DNA from: Bacteroidota bacterium
Lineage (GTDB): Bacteria > Bacteroidota > Bacteroidia > UBA8524
Direction: 5' to 3'
Assembly: GCA_006226545.1 (NCBI GenBank)
Contig: SBGR01000061.1
Span: forward strand, 122 to 64,121
Length of the DNA stretch: 64,000 bases
Shown: positions 19,307-27,678 of the stretch, piece by piece
How the letters are laid out: the number at the start of each line of letters is the position of its first letter
Numbering within the stretch: the stretch's first letter is position 1
The notes under the pieces: model-generated
What the model saw: the letters and a program-made list of their open reading frames with translations, nothing else
The model's database searches: none
What the model was told of the DNA's origin: nothing
Made by a program: the position numbers and the translations under genes

Positions 19307-20287
19307 ATGCGCGGAGCAAGCAAGTTATTGGTTTTTTGGTGTATTCTAGGATTGGCTTTTTCAGCAAAGGCTAGCGATAGCTTGAGCTATATGGCTGATT
19401 CCGTGCTTCATGCAGTGCAAGAAACCAGCGTCTCGAAACTGCAAGATTTGGTTCCAAGTTATGCCGACTTAAAAACAGTTTACGACTCGACCGACGAAGA
19501 AATGATGAATTACCAGATTGGTATTCGTCAGAAGGAGCTTGAATTCTTGACTCGTCGCGACATGAAACGATTGGCCAAGTTTGCTAAAAGAGAAAAAATT
19601 GGTCTGAATCGCTTAGAGAAGGTGGAGGAACATTTACCCATCGCTACCAACGAAAAAGGCTACCGCTATGCCCGCTCATTTATGCTCTGCAATGCGGGAA
19701 ACAGGCAGTTTAAATTGCACTTTGTATTGATTGAATTAAATAATCAATGGTTTTACGGTGAAGGTTTGAGCATTGAAGAGATTCAAGTAGCGAAGGAAAT
19801 TGTTCCCGACTACGATAAGATCGACGCGGATTTAGAAAAGCGAAGAGAAGACAGGGAAAAGGCGAGGCTCAAAGCCATTGAAGACAAACGAAAGGCAGAA
19901 GAGGCGGAGAAGAAGCGCATTGAAAAGGAGGAATTGGAGAAGAAGAAGCAAGCTGAAAAAGAGGAGAAGGCTCGCTTGAAAAAGGAGAAAGAAGAAAAGA
20001 AGCAGAAGGAAAAGGAAGAGAAGGAACGTTTGAAAAAGGAGAAGGAGCTGAAGAAGAAACAGGAGCAGGAGGAAAAAGAACGCCTAAAGAAAGAAAAGGA
20101 AGAGCAGAAGAAGAAAGAACTGGAAGAGAAGGAGCGCTTAAAGAAGGAGAAGGAGAAACGTTTGAAAAAGGAAAAAGAGGAGCGCGAAGAGCGATTGAAA
20201 AAAGAGAAGAAAGAGAGGGAAAGACAGAAGAAGGAAGAGGAGGAGAAGAAAAAGAACCAGCCGGATAGTACCGGCCGGAACAATTAG
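19307..20287 (+). CDS. Secreted protein with C-terminal [10 protein letters not shown]-type charged tandem repeat (ER/K single-alpha-helix-like)
   Basis: Signal peptide [22 protein letters not shown], about 150-aa globular domain, then about 145 aa of E/K/R-only 18-aa periodic repeats. The two minus-strand ORFs across this region are repeat artifacts. Confidence 0.5.
   Translation: MRGASKLLVFWCILGLAFSAKASDSLSYMADSVLHAVQETSVSKLQDLVPSYADLKTVYDSTDEEMMNYQIGIRQKELEFLTRRDMKRLAKFAKREKIGLNRLEKVEEHLPIATNEKGYRYARSFMLCNAGNRQFKLHFVLIELNNQWFYGEGLSIEEIQVAKEIVPDYDKIDADLEKRREDREKARLKAIEDKRKAEEAEKKRIEKEELEKKKQAEKEEKARLKKEKEEKKQKEKEEKERLKKEKELKKKQEQEEKERLKKEKEEQKKKELEEKERLKKEKEKRLKKEKEEREERLKKEKKERERQKKEEEEKKKNQPDSTGRNN
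19829..20261 (+). repeat. Imperfect 54-nt (18-codon) tandem repeat array encoding the [18 protein letters not shown]-like units
   Basis: GAGAAGGAACG(T/C)TTGAAAAAGGAGAAGGAG-like unit recurs about 5-7 times; purine-rich (GAR)n composition. Confidence 0.7.
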
Positions 20288-20871
20288 GCTTTCCAGCGCT
20301 TGGTGGTATCGAGCATATAGTCGATGAAGAGCTCCATTCCGCGATCAAATTCGGCATTGCCTAGCGATTGACCTTCGGCATCCAGCACCTGTTTGATAAA
20401 CTGGATCTCGAAACTTTTCGGGTTGGTCATCGCTGAGATATTCAATACACTGATAATTTTATCTACCACATAACCGAGCTGTACCGTAGGCATTCGTCCA
20501 CCGCGGCCGGTACTCACACCCACAAAGGAGAATACCTTATTCTGCCAGATGGGGAGAAATGGTTTATCGGCTAAACGGTGTATCAAGTTAACGAGCTCGG
20601 CAGAAGGGAACCAGTTGTATTCTGGCGTTGCCATGATGATGGAATCGGCTTCCGTCATGGCCGCTACTAAACGGGCTTGAAAAGGAGTTAAGGCCTCCGG
20701 TTGTATATCAGGGCCATTGAAAAATGGAATATCAAAATCTTCAAAGCTGACTACGTTAACCTTGCGTGCGCCTCTTTCAAGAAGAACGCGTTCAAGGCCT
20801 TTGCAGGCTCTGAGGGTGCTGCTATTGGTACGGGATGAACCCGATAGAATTGTCACAATCATGGGTTTCAA
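20284..20871 (-). CDS. NADPH-dependent FMN reductase family (flavodoxin-like) oxidoreductase
   Basis: MIVTILSGSSRTNSSTL...IMATPEYNWFPSAELVNLIHRL matches the NADPH-dependent FMN reductase / ArsH-SsuE-like signature. Confidence 0.75.
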   Translation of the reverse strand: MKPMIVTILSGSSRTNSSTLRACKGLERVLLERGARKVNVVSFEDFDIPFFNGPDIQPEALTPFQARLVAAMTEADSIIMATPEYNWFPSAELVNLIHRLADKPFLPIWQNKVFSFVGVSTGRGGRMPTVQLGYVVDKIISVLNISAMTNPKSFEIQFIKQVLDAEGQSLGNAEFDRGMELFIDYMLDTTKRWKA

Positions 20872-20961
20872 AATTAGTTTAGAATTGAATGGATAAAAAT
20901 TTTTTCATTCCGCTGTAACTTTATACTCAGCTTCGCGTAAAAGCAGTGTAATCGATTTAGG

Positions 20962-21447
20962 GTGACAACAAACGAATACAATTTATGTGTGGATCAGTTT
21001 GCCGATAGGCTCTTCCGATTTCTGTTAAAGAATACAGGAAATGAAGACCTAGCGCGCGATCTGGTGCAAGATTGTTTTGAGAAGTTGTGGATGAAGAAAG
21101 AGAACGTAGATTTTGAGCGAAGCAAATCCTATTTGTTTACCATGGCGCACAATGCCATGATTGATCAGTGGAGAAAAGACAAAGGCCACCAAGACATCGC
21201 CGATTATGAAGAGCAGGTGGGCTATGAGCAAAACCAATATTCAGGTTTGCGCCCAATCATAGAACGCGCTTTGGCTAAGTTGCCGGAGATTCAGCGGTCT
21301 GTGCTTTTACTGCGCGATTACGAAGGATATGATTATGCAGAGATTGGCCGCATTTGCGAATTGAATGAATCGCAAGTGAAGGTGTATATCTACCGGGCCC
21401 GTGTGGCCATGAAAAATTATTTAGGCGCTTTAAATCTGGTGGTATGA
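20962..21447 (+). CDS. ECF-subfamily RNA polymerase sigma-70 factor
   Basis: Region 2 (DLVQDCFEKLWMK...YLFTMAHNAMIDQWRK) and region 4 HTH (LLRDYEGYDYAEIGRICELNESQVKVYIYRAR). Confidence 0.85.
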   Translation: MTTNEYNLCVDQFADRLFRFLLKNTGNEDLARDLVQDCFEKLWMKKENVDFERSKSYLFTMAHNAMIDQWRKDKGHQDIADYEEQVGYEQNQYSGLRPIIERALAKLPEIQRSVLLLRDYEGYDYAEIGRICELNESQVKVYIYRARVAMKNYLGALNLVV

Positions 21448-22460
21448 TTACGCGAGAGAACTACACCGTATTTACAGAAGATTTCATCGCGGGCAAATTG
21501 AGTCCGGAGATGGAAGAAGCCTATATGGCCTTTTTGGAAGCCAACCCGGATTTGATGGACATTGACTTAGAAGAATCCGATGCTAAGTTGGATGATGGCT
21601 TTTTAAGTCAATTGAAGAAACCTATTCAAATTGATGAGCAGAATTTGGATGAAGCCATCATCGCTCAACTAGAAGGCGATTTAAACCAAGAGGAAGAAGA
21701 GCGATTGGAGGCCTTCATGCTGGCCCATCCGGAAAGAGAGGAAGACAGAAAACTCATCGCTTTAACGGTATTAAGGCCGTCTATTGGTGAGTATTTCCCA
21801 AATAAAAATGTACTGTATAAAAAAGGAGGCTTCCGCATTCCGCCGGCCATCTGGTATTCAGCAGCAGCCTCTGTATTGATTGCTGCCTTATGGATATACG
21901 GAACGGGTAAAAATGAACTTAATCCAACTGAGCCGGTTTTCAGTCAGGTAGAAACCTTTACCCAAGAAGAAGTGAAGCCTAAAGCGTTTGAAGAGATTAA
22001 GTCGGAAGTGTCTACCACGCCAAGTAAAGAACAAGAAGCTAACCCTTTAGCTCCGAAACGCGTTAACCGCCAGAGTCCACAACGCCATATCCCGGCCATT
22101 ACCCCGGAAGAAGCGCCGCAAATTAAAAGGTTGGAATCCTTGCCGGTTATCATGGCATCGCTTAATGAAACTGAACCTAGCCTGACCGTGAGTCAACTTC
22201 AGGTGGCGCATTATGATATTTCCTTTAGCGATTTGGAGCTGGAGGCGGAAAAACAAGATCAGACTCTTTTGCAGTACGCTTACAAGAAGTTGCGAAAGAC
22301 AGTCGGACAAGACGAACGTGTAGTTCCTGAAAATGAAATCCCACATGATGCGGCTACGATTGTTGCAGACAAGGTACGTAGCTATGTGGGCTTCAATGAA
22401 AGCCAGGAAACCGTGTCATTCCGCATTGGAAACTTCGAGCTGAAGAGAAAAAAGAGATAA
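21444..22460 (+). CDS. Putative anti-sigma factor (single-pass membrane protein) coupled to the ECF sigma gene
   Basis: ATGA start/stop overlap with the sigma gene; one central TM (IPPAIWYSAAASVLIAALWIYG); acidic N-terminal cytoplasmic part. No diagnostic motif seen. Confidence 0.45.
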   Translation: MITRENYTVFTEDFIAGKLSPEMEEAYMAFLEANPDLMDIDLEESDAKLDDGFLSQLKKPIQIDEQNLDEAIIAQLEGDLNQEEEERLEAFMLAHPEREEDRKLIALTVLRPSIGEYFPNKNVLYKKGGFRIPPAIWYSAAASVLIAALWIYGTGKNELNPTEPVFSQVETFTQEEVKPKAFEEIKSEVSTTPSKEQEANPLAPKRVNRQSPQRHIPAITPEEAPQIKRLESLPVIMASLNETEPSLTVSQLQVAHYDISFSDLELEAEKQDQTLLQYAYKKLRKTVGQDERVVPENEIPHDAATIVADKVRSYVGFNESQETVSFRIGNFELKRKKR

Positions 22461-22523
22461 AATTTCACTTTTCCTGTAACATCTATTCGATGGGTTCGTA
22501 ACAGGAGAAACAAACAAGAAAAA

Positions 22524-23405
22524 ATGAAAACATTAAAGACTATACTAAGTAGCGCAATGATGCTCGCCTTGACTGGAGGGGCTTTCGCGCAGACAGAACC
22601 TGCAGATACTACAAATCAACCTAAGGTAAATGCAGAGGTAACCAAAAAGGGAAACGCAGCGGAAGACGATAGAATCGTATTTCCGGTTGAAGGTGGCCGA
22701 TTGATCGTCATTTTTGAAGCGGACTCACACAAAGTGGCCAAGACCGATTCGCTTAAAAAACCGTTTAAGAAAAGAGAGGCAGAACCGCGCGATTTTTGGG
22801 CAGGTATGGATTTCGGATTCAACGGATACCTTACTCCATCAGGTAATACAGACATGACAGCCGGAAACGAGCATTTCAACTACCGCATGGGCAAGTCTAC
22901 CTACCTTGGATTCAACCTTTTTGAGAAAGACATCAAGCTATACAAACACCATGTGGTTTTGCTGACCGGTTTGGGTATCGACTACAATAACTACCGTTTC
23001 GCCCAAGATGTAAATCCTTTTGAGGCGGCAGACAGTAACGGCATGCGTACACAGAAAGACTATATCACCAATCGCTTAAAAACCTTCCATGCCACAGTTC
23101 CTTTGATGCTTGGATTGGATTTTAGCAAGCCGGGTAAAAACGGATTGCACATGGCAGCCGGTGTTGTGGGAAGTGTTCGTTTTGCTTCGTATACCAAAGA
23201 AAAGGTGAGAATTGAAGGTGGTCAATACAAACAAAACACCCACAACGATTTCAACCTGAATCCTTTCAGAGTAAATGCACAAGCCCGCGTTGGCTACGGA
23301 GACTTCACACTCTTCGCTAATTACGCACTCACACCGATGTTCAAGAAGGATGTAGGCATGCCTGAGGTCTATCCGTTCAGCTTCGGTGTATCATTCGGCG
23401 GATAA
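22524..23405 (+). CDS. Outer membrane beta-barrel protein (porin/OmpA-like barrel family)
   Basis: Signal peptide ending AFAQ, alternating hydrophobic beta-strand pattern, C-terminal aromatic-rich strand (FSFGVSFGG). Confidence 0.5.
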   Translation: MKTLKTILSSAMMLALTGGAFAQTEPADTTNQPKVNAEVTKKGNAAEDDRIVFPVEGGRLIVIFEADSHKVAKTDSLKKPFKKREAEPRDFWAGMDFGFNGYLTPSGNTDMTAGNEHFNYRMGKSTYLGFNLFEKDIKLYKHHVVLLTGLGIDYNNYRFAQDVNPFEAADSNGMRTQKDYITNRLKTFHATVPLMLGLDFSKPGKNGLHMAAGVVGSVRFASYTKEKVRIEGGQYKQNTHNDFNLNPFRVNAQARVGYGDFTLFANYALTPMFKKDVGMPEVYPFSFGVSFGG

Positions 23406-23446
23406 GCTCAATTCATACATTAGTTATACTTGCGTAAGCCCGGGAC

Positions 23447-24361
23447 TTAGGTTCCGGGTTTTTTTGCTTTATCGAAAAACAATAAGCAGAGCCAAGCATT
23501 CACTACCTCATGTTTAGCGAGGAAATGTTTGGCAGCCTCGAAGAGTTCGTATTCCAGTGAGTCGGTATGGTGGGCAAAACGTTTTACCATGTCTTTAGCG
23601 AATTCGCTTTGTTCAAATTCAGCCACTAAATCGTCGCCCGGAATGGCTTCAACATTAGCAAGCTGTCCCAATTGATTGCCGGTTAGGAAACTGCTAAACC
23701 GTATAAATTCCGGCAGTTGATCATACCCAATGCCTTTGTTGCGAACGGGTTTTTCGATTTCAAATAAAGCATCTCCATACGCTTTACAATACCAATCGGC
23801 ACCTAAGCGAGCCACCAGCTGAATCTTATTCTGATCAATCTTGCCATCAGCATCAAGCACTTCTTCGTTGATGTGCATGCGCAGGATCTCGCAAATCACC
23901 AAATTCCCTGCACCACCTTCTTGTCCGGTTTCTATGATATCACGCACCTTGCATTCAATTTGTACCGGCGATTCTTTCACTCTGGGAGCTTTAATGACTT
24001 CAGACGGCAGTTCGGTAAAGCCCGATTTCACAAATTCATTCACGCCTTTCGCGTACTCTGTGCTGGCTAGCGACATCTGCCAAACCATATCGTGGTTCAC
24101 CACATTGATGCATACCTCCATGGTTTCTTTGATGTTCTCTAGGGTATGCTTAATGGTATTGTCGCGCACCCTTCTAGAAGGAGAAAAAATCAAGGTAGTT
24201 GGGTTGCTGCCAAAGACGTTAAAAAAGGAATACGGGCTTAGGTTCACGTTACCTTCAGCGTCTACAGTGCTTGCAAAGCAGATGGGACGAGGGGCAACGG
24301 AAGAAAGCAGATAGGCGTGTAGTTTGGCCGTCGGGATGGCGTGTGGATCAATGCTCAGCAT
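23447..24361 (-). CDS. Flavin reductase-like FMN-binding domain protein
   Basis: LSSVAPRPICFASTVDAEGNVNLSPYSFFNVFGSNPTTLIFSP matches the flavin reductase-like domain; 304 aa with C-terminal extension. Confidence 0.7.
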   Translation of the reverse strand: MLSIDPHAIPTAKLHAYLLSSVAPRPICFASTVDAEGNVNLSPYSFFNVFGSNPTTLIFSPSRRVRDNTIKHTLENIKETMEVCINVVNHDMVWQMSLASTEYAKGVNEFVKSGFTELPSEVIKAPRVKESPVQIECKVRDIIETGQEGGAGNLVICEILRMHINEEVLDADGKIDQNKIQLVARLGADWYCKAYGDALFEIEKPVRNKGIGYDQLPEFIRFSSFLTGNQLGQLANVEAIPGDDLVAEFEQSEFAKDMVKRFAHHTDSLEYELFEAAKHFLAKHEVVNAWLCLLFFDKAKKPGT

Positions 24362-24499
24362 GAGGCGAATTTAGGATTTTGCTCTTGCTTTTGGAATCGG
24401 GGATTAAGTCAAAATAACCAATACTAAGTAGATACACGGGGAGGAGTTTTATCTTATTTCGTAAAGTTTTACCTTGGCTTTGTACTTAATAATCAAACC

Positions 24500-25216
24500 A
24501 TGAAAGATACCCTGAAATCATCTAATGGAATCGACACGTTCGAGTTGCAAAGCATCAAGGCTGTACGTGTTACTCAAGATCAATACAACGTAACCTTTGT
24601 GGGGAGCGATAATGGTGCAGGTACCAATCCTGTAACTCTCGCCTCAATGTATGACCCGGCTCAACATGTTTGCTTGTGGAATCTGGGAACCATTAACCCG
24701 GTTGACTTGTATAAAAACAACCCTATTCAAATTGATTTTGCGCCGTACAATACCGCTCCATTAAACGGATCGATGCCCGAAATTGAGGTAGAAGCCACGG
24801 CAGAAGAACCGAATGTTAAAAAGAAAAAGGGAGGGGTTACAATCGGTAACTCAAATGTGCCACCTCCAACATCAGTAGTTCCTACAGTGAGTAACCAACA
24901 AATTTGTGCAGATATCAGTATCGAAGAGCTTGAGATGAAATCAGCCGGACAGAATCTGCAAATCAAGGTTACCTATCAAGTAGAGGGTACGTCTTACAAT
25001 TATAAAAACAATACCTATACGCCATTGGCCGAAGAATATGATTTATTGAGTTTAAACTTTGAGCCTGACCCACAAAGTGCACCACCCAATGGTCCGGTTA
25101 CACAGAATATCACTATTCCCTATACCCCTGGCCAAAAAATAATTATCACCTTCATGGAATCCGGTAAAACGGGCATCCCTGATACTAAAAAAGCACTATT
25201 CTACCTCGAATGCTAA
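24500..25216 (+). CDS. Hypothetical protein (no signal peptide), first gene of a three-gene unit with TPR sensor kinase and response regulator
   Basis: 238 aa, no recognizable motif; 7-nt overlap with the downstream kinase gene. Confidence 0.35.
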   Translation: MKDTLKSSNGIDTFELQSIKAVRVTQDQYNVTFVGSDNGAGTNPVTLASMYDPAQHVCLWNLGTINPVDLYKNNPIQIDFAPYNTAPLNGSMPEIEVEATAEEPNVKKKKGGVTIGNSNVPPPTSVVPTVSNQQICADISIEELEMKSAGQNLQIKVTYQVEGTSYNYKNNTYTPLAEEYDLLSLNFEPDPQSAPPNGPVTQNITIPYTPGQKIIITFMESGKTGIPDTKKALFYLEC

Positions 25217-26997
25217 AAAGAACGCTGTTATTCTTGCTTACCATTCTAAGCTTGACCTTAAGTCAAGTTTGGGCGCAGAATTTTGATTCGTTACTCATCG
25301 CATACGATGGTGTGGCGCCTGAACTTTCCGTTCAAGAAAAACTGGATAAGCTGAAGGCAGTGGAGACTTTAGCCCGTGATAAGAAAAACAACGATGCCTT
25401 AGCCAATACATTAAGACGCATTGGCATCGTTCGTTTTCATTCAGGCGAATTGGAAAACGCTAGTAAGGCCTTGTTGGAAGCCCTTAGACTTCAGCAGGAA
25501 AATGGCAACCGATTCGGCGTGTTGAGTACCTTCATTACACTTGGAAACGTTTATTTCAAGATTGGTCAATCCAGCCAAGCCATTCGCTACTATGAAGAAG
25601 CGGCTGAAGAGGCAGAAGCCTTAAATTATAAAGTGACGCTGAAGAACATTTACCTGAATTTAGGACAGTTCTTAACCGAGGAATCGCGTTACGTTGAGGC
25701 AGAAAAATACCTTATGAGGGGCATTTCTTTCCTAGACAGCGTTAGCGATGTCTCGGATATCCCGTACTACAATGGTGCTCTTGGGTTTTTGTATTTGCAA
25801 ACAGGCGACTATGCCAAATCTAGAAATTACCTGGAGCGGGCTCGCGTTGGGTTTAATGCAGACCATAACCTTTACGGTTACGCTCAAAGCACACGGAATC
25901 TAGCCTTTGTGCTGAAAGACATCAAAAAGGTGGACAGCGCATTCCAGTATATGCAGCTGGCATTGGATTCTGCCATGATTGCGGAAGAGCCGGAAACGGT
26001 AATTGAAATTGCGCAAGACCTCGGAAGCTGGTACCTGGAAGTGGGAGACACACTAGGTTCGTTTCACTTTATAGAATTGGCCAACCGATTAAAAGATTCT
26101 GTTATCAATGAGGCAGGGATTGAACGACTCATTGAAGCTGAGCAGAAATACCGCAGTGAAAGCAAGAGCAAGGAACTGAAGGTACAGAAGGAAACACTGC
26201 GCCAACGGAATTACCTGATATTATCTCTAACCATTGCCCTAGGCCTAGGTCTCCTAGCCTTCCTTTTGTATCGCTATGTGCGTTTGCAGAAAGAGAAATT
26301 GGTAAAGGCTGAACTCGAGAAGAAATCGATAGAGATTGATCAATTACTCCGACAACAGGAATTGAGCACCTTGCAAGCCCAGATGCAAGGTCAGAATGAA
26401 GAGCGAGACCGGATCGCTCGAGACTTGCATGATAGGCTAGGAAGTTTACTCTCCACCATCAAATTACAGTTCAGCCATTTTGAAGGCAGACTCACGCAAA
26501 TTGAATCGGAGTTTAAGTCGACATACGGCAATATGATGACGCTAATCGATACGGCTTACGATGAGATTAGGCAGATTTCACACGACCTTTCTTCTGGAAC
26601 ATTAAACAAATTCGGATTCAACAAGGCCGTGCAAGAATTGGTGCAAGCCATCCAAGATGTGAACCCAATCCAGATCCACTACCTCTCCAATAAAGTCCCG
26701 ATTGAAGATTATACGCAAATCACAGAATCGCTTTACCGTATTATACAAGAGTTATTGAGCAATACGTTGAAATACGCCGAAGCGAGTGAGGTCAATATTC
26801 AATTATCGCTTTTCAATGGAACGCTGAGCTTCACTTACGAAGACGACGGAAAGGGATTTGATCAGAAAGTGGCGGAGCAGAAGGATGGTATCGGAATGCT
26901 GAATATTAAAAACAGGGTGGAGATGATGCAAGGAACATTGAATATCGATACCAGCCCTGGGCATGGTGTAACTGTAATGATTGAAATACCTTTATAG
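25210..26997 (+). CDS. TPR-repeat sensor histidine kinase (HisKA_3/NarL-type kinase core)
   Basis: Signal peptide, TPR-like repeats, one TM (YLILSLTIALGLGLLAFLLYRYV), coiled coil, H-box ARDLHDRLGSLLS (HisKA_3), HATPase motifs (DDGKGF, GIGMLNIKNRVEMMQG). Confidence 0.85.
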   Translation: MLKRTLLFLLTILSLTLSQVWAQNFDSLLIAYDGVAPELSVQEKLDKLKAVETLARDKKNNDALANTLRRIGIVRFHSGELENASKALLEALRLQQENGNRFGVLSTFITLGNVYFKIGQSSQAIRYYEEAAEEAEALNYKVTLKNIYLNLGQFLTEESRYVEAEKYLMRGISFLDSVSDVSDIPYYNGALGFLYLQTGDYAKSRNYLERARVGFNADHNLYGYAQSTRNLAFVLKDIKKVDSAFQYMQLALDSAMIAEEPETVIEIAQDLGSWYLEVGDTLGSFHFIELANRLKDSVINEAGIERLIEAEQKYRSESKSKELKVQKETLRQRNYLILSLTIALGLGLLAFLLYRYVRLQKEKLVKAELEKKSIEIDQLLRQQELSTLQAQMQGQNEERDRIARDLHDRLGSLLSTIKLQFSHFEGRLTQIESEFKSTYGNMMTLIDTAYDEIRQISHDLSSGTLNKFGFNKAVQELVQAIQDVNPIQIHYLSNKVPIEDYTQITESLYRIIQELLSNTLKYAEASEVNIQLSLFNGTLSFTYEDDGKGFDQKVAEQKDGIGMLNIKNRVEMMQGTLNIDTSPGHGVTVMIEIPL

Positions 26998-26998
26998 C

Positions 26999-27640
26999 AT
27001 GATTAAAGTAGCGCTAGCAGACGATCACGAAATGTTTACCGAAGGCTTGGCCTCGGTATTCAAAAACAGCGATAGTATTAAAGTCATTCATCGCTCAAAT
27101 TCCGGCGAACAGCTTTTAGAGCGAATCAAAGAAGAGACGCCGGATGTGGTTTTGCTAGACATCACCATGCCGGGCGCCAAAGGCGATTCCGTTGCTGCTG
27201 AAATACTACGACGCTACCCGGATGTTAAAATCATCATGTTAACCATGCATCAGTCGGCTGATTATGTGCTTCCTTTGGTCGATTTAGGCGTACATGGTTT
27301 CATGCTGAAGAATGCCACCAATATTGAATTGCAATCGGCCATACAATTGGTTAACAGCGGAAAAAAATACTTTACCGAAGAAGCGGTGAAGGTCATCTCC
27401 AGAAGGAATATCCAAGAAGAGAAGGAAGATATCCAGCTTACGCGCAGGGAACACCAAATTTTGCAGTTACTCTACGAAGGATTGAGTGCAGCAGACATGG
27501 CAGAACGCATGTTTATCTCACAGTATACCGTGTTCAAACACCGTCAGAACCTACTGAACAAATGCGGATGTAAAAGTGCCACACAGCTGGTGAACTTTGC
27601 TATTTCTAAAGGCTGGATTAGCCTTCCATCAGAAGATTAA
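26999..27640 (+). CDS. NarL/LuxR-family response regulator
   Basis: Receiver domain (ALADDHEMF...VVLLDITMPG) plus LuxR HTH (LTRREHQILQLLYEGLSAADMAERMFISQYTVFKHRQNLLNKCG). ORF track uses TTG 26981; the ATG at 26999 lies just past the kinase stop. Confidence 0.9.
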   Translation: MIKVALADDHEMFTEGLASVFKNSDSIKVIHRSNSGEQLLERIKEETPDVVLLDITMPGAKGDSVAAEILRRYPDVKIIMLTMHQSADYVLPLVDLGVHGFMLKNATNIELQSAIQLVNSGKKYFTEEAVKVISRRNIQEEKEDIQLTRREHQILQLLYEGLSAADMAERMFISQYTVFKHRQNLLNKCGCKSATQLVNFAISKGWISLPSED

Positions 27641-27678
27641 GAGAAGAACGGAGTCCTCAAACTCCGAACTCAAACTAC

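Noticed and set aside
19810-20357. Two minus-strand ORFs (157 and 162 aa) rich in Ser/Phe/Leu/Pro across the KE-repeat region
   Set aside because: They are reverse-frame readings of the purine-rich (GAR)n tandem repeat. The plus-strand frame has a signal peptide and a coherent domain. No independent support for the antisense frames.
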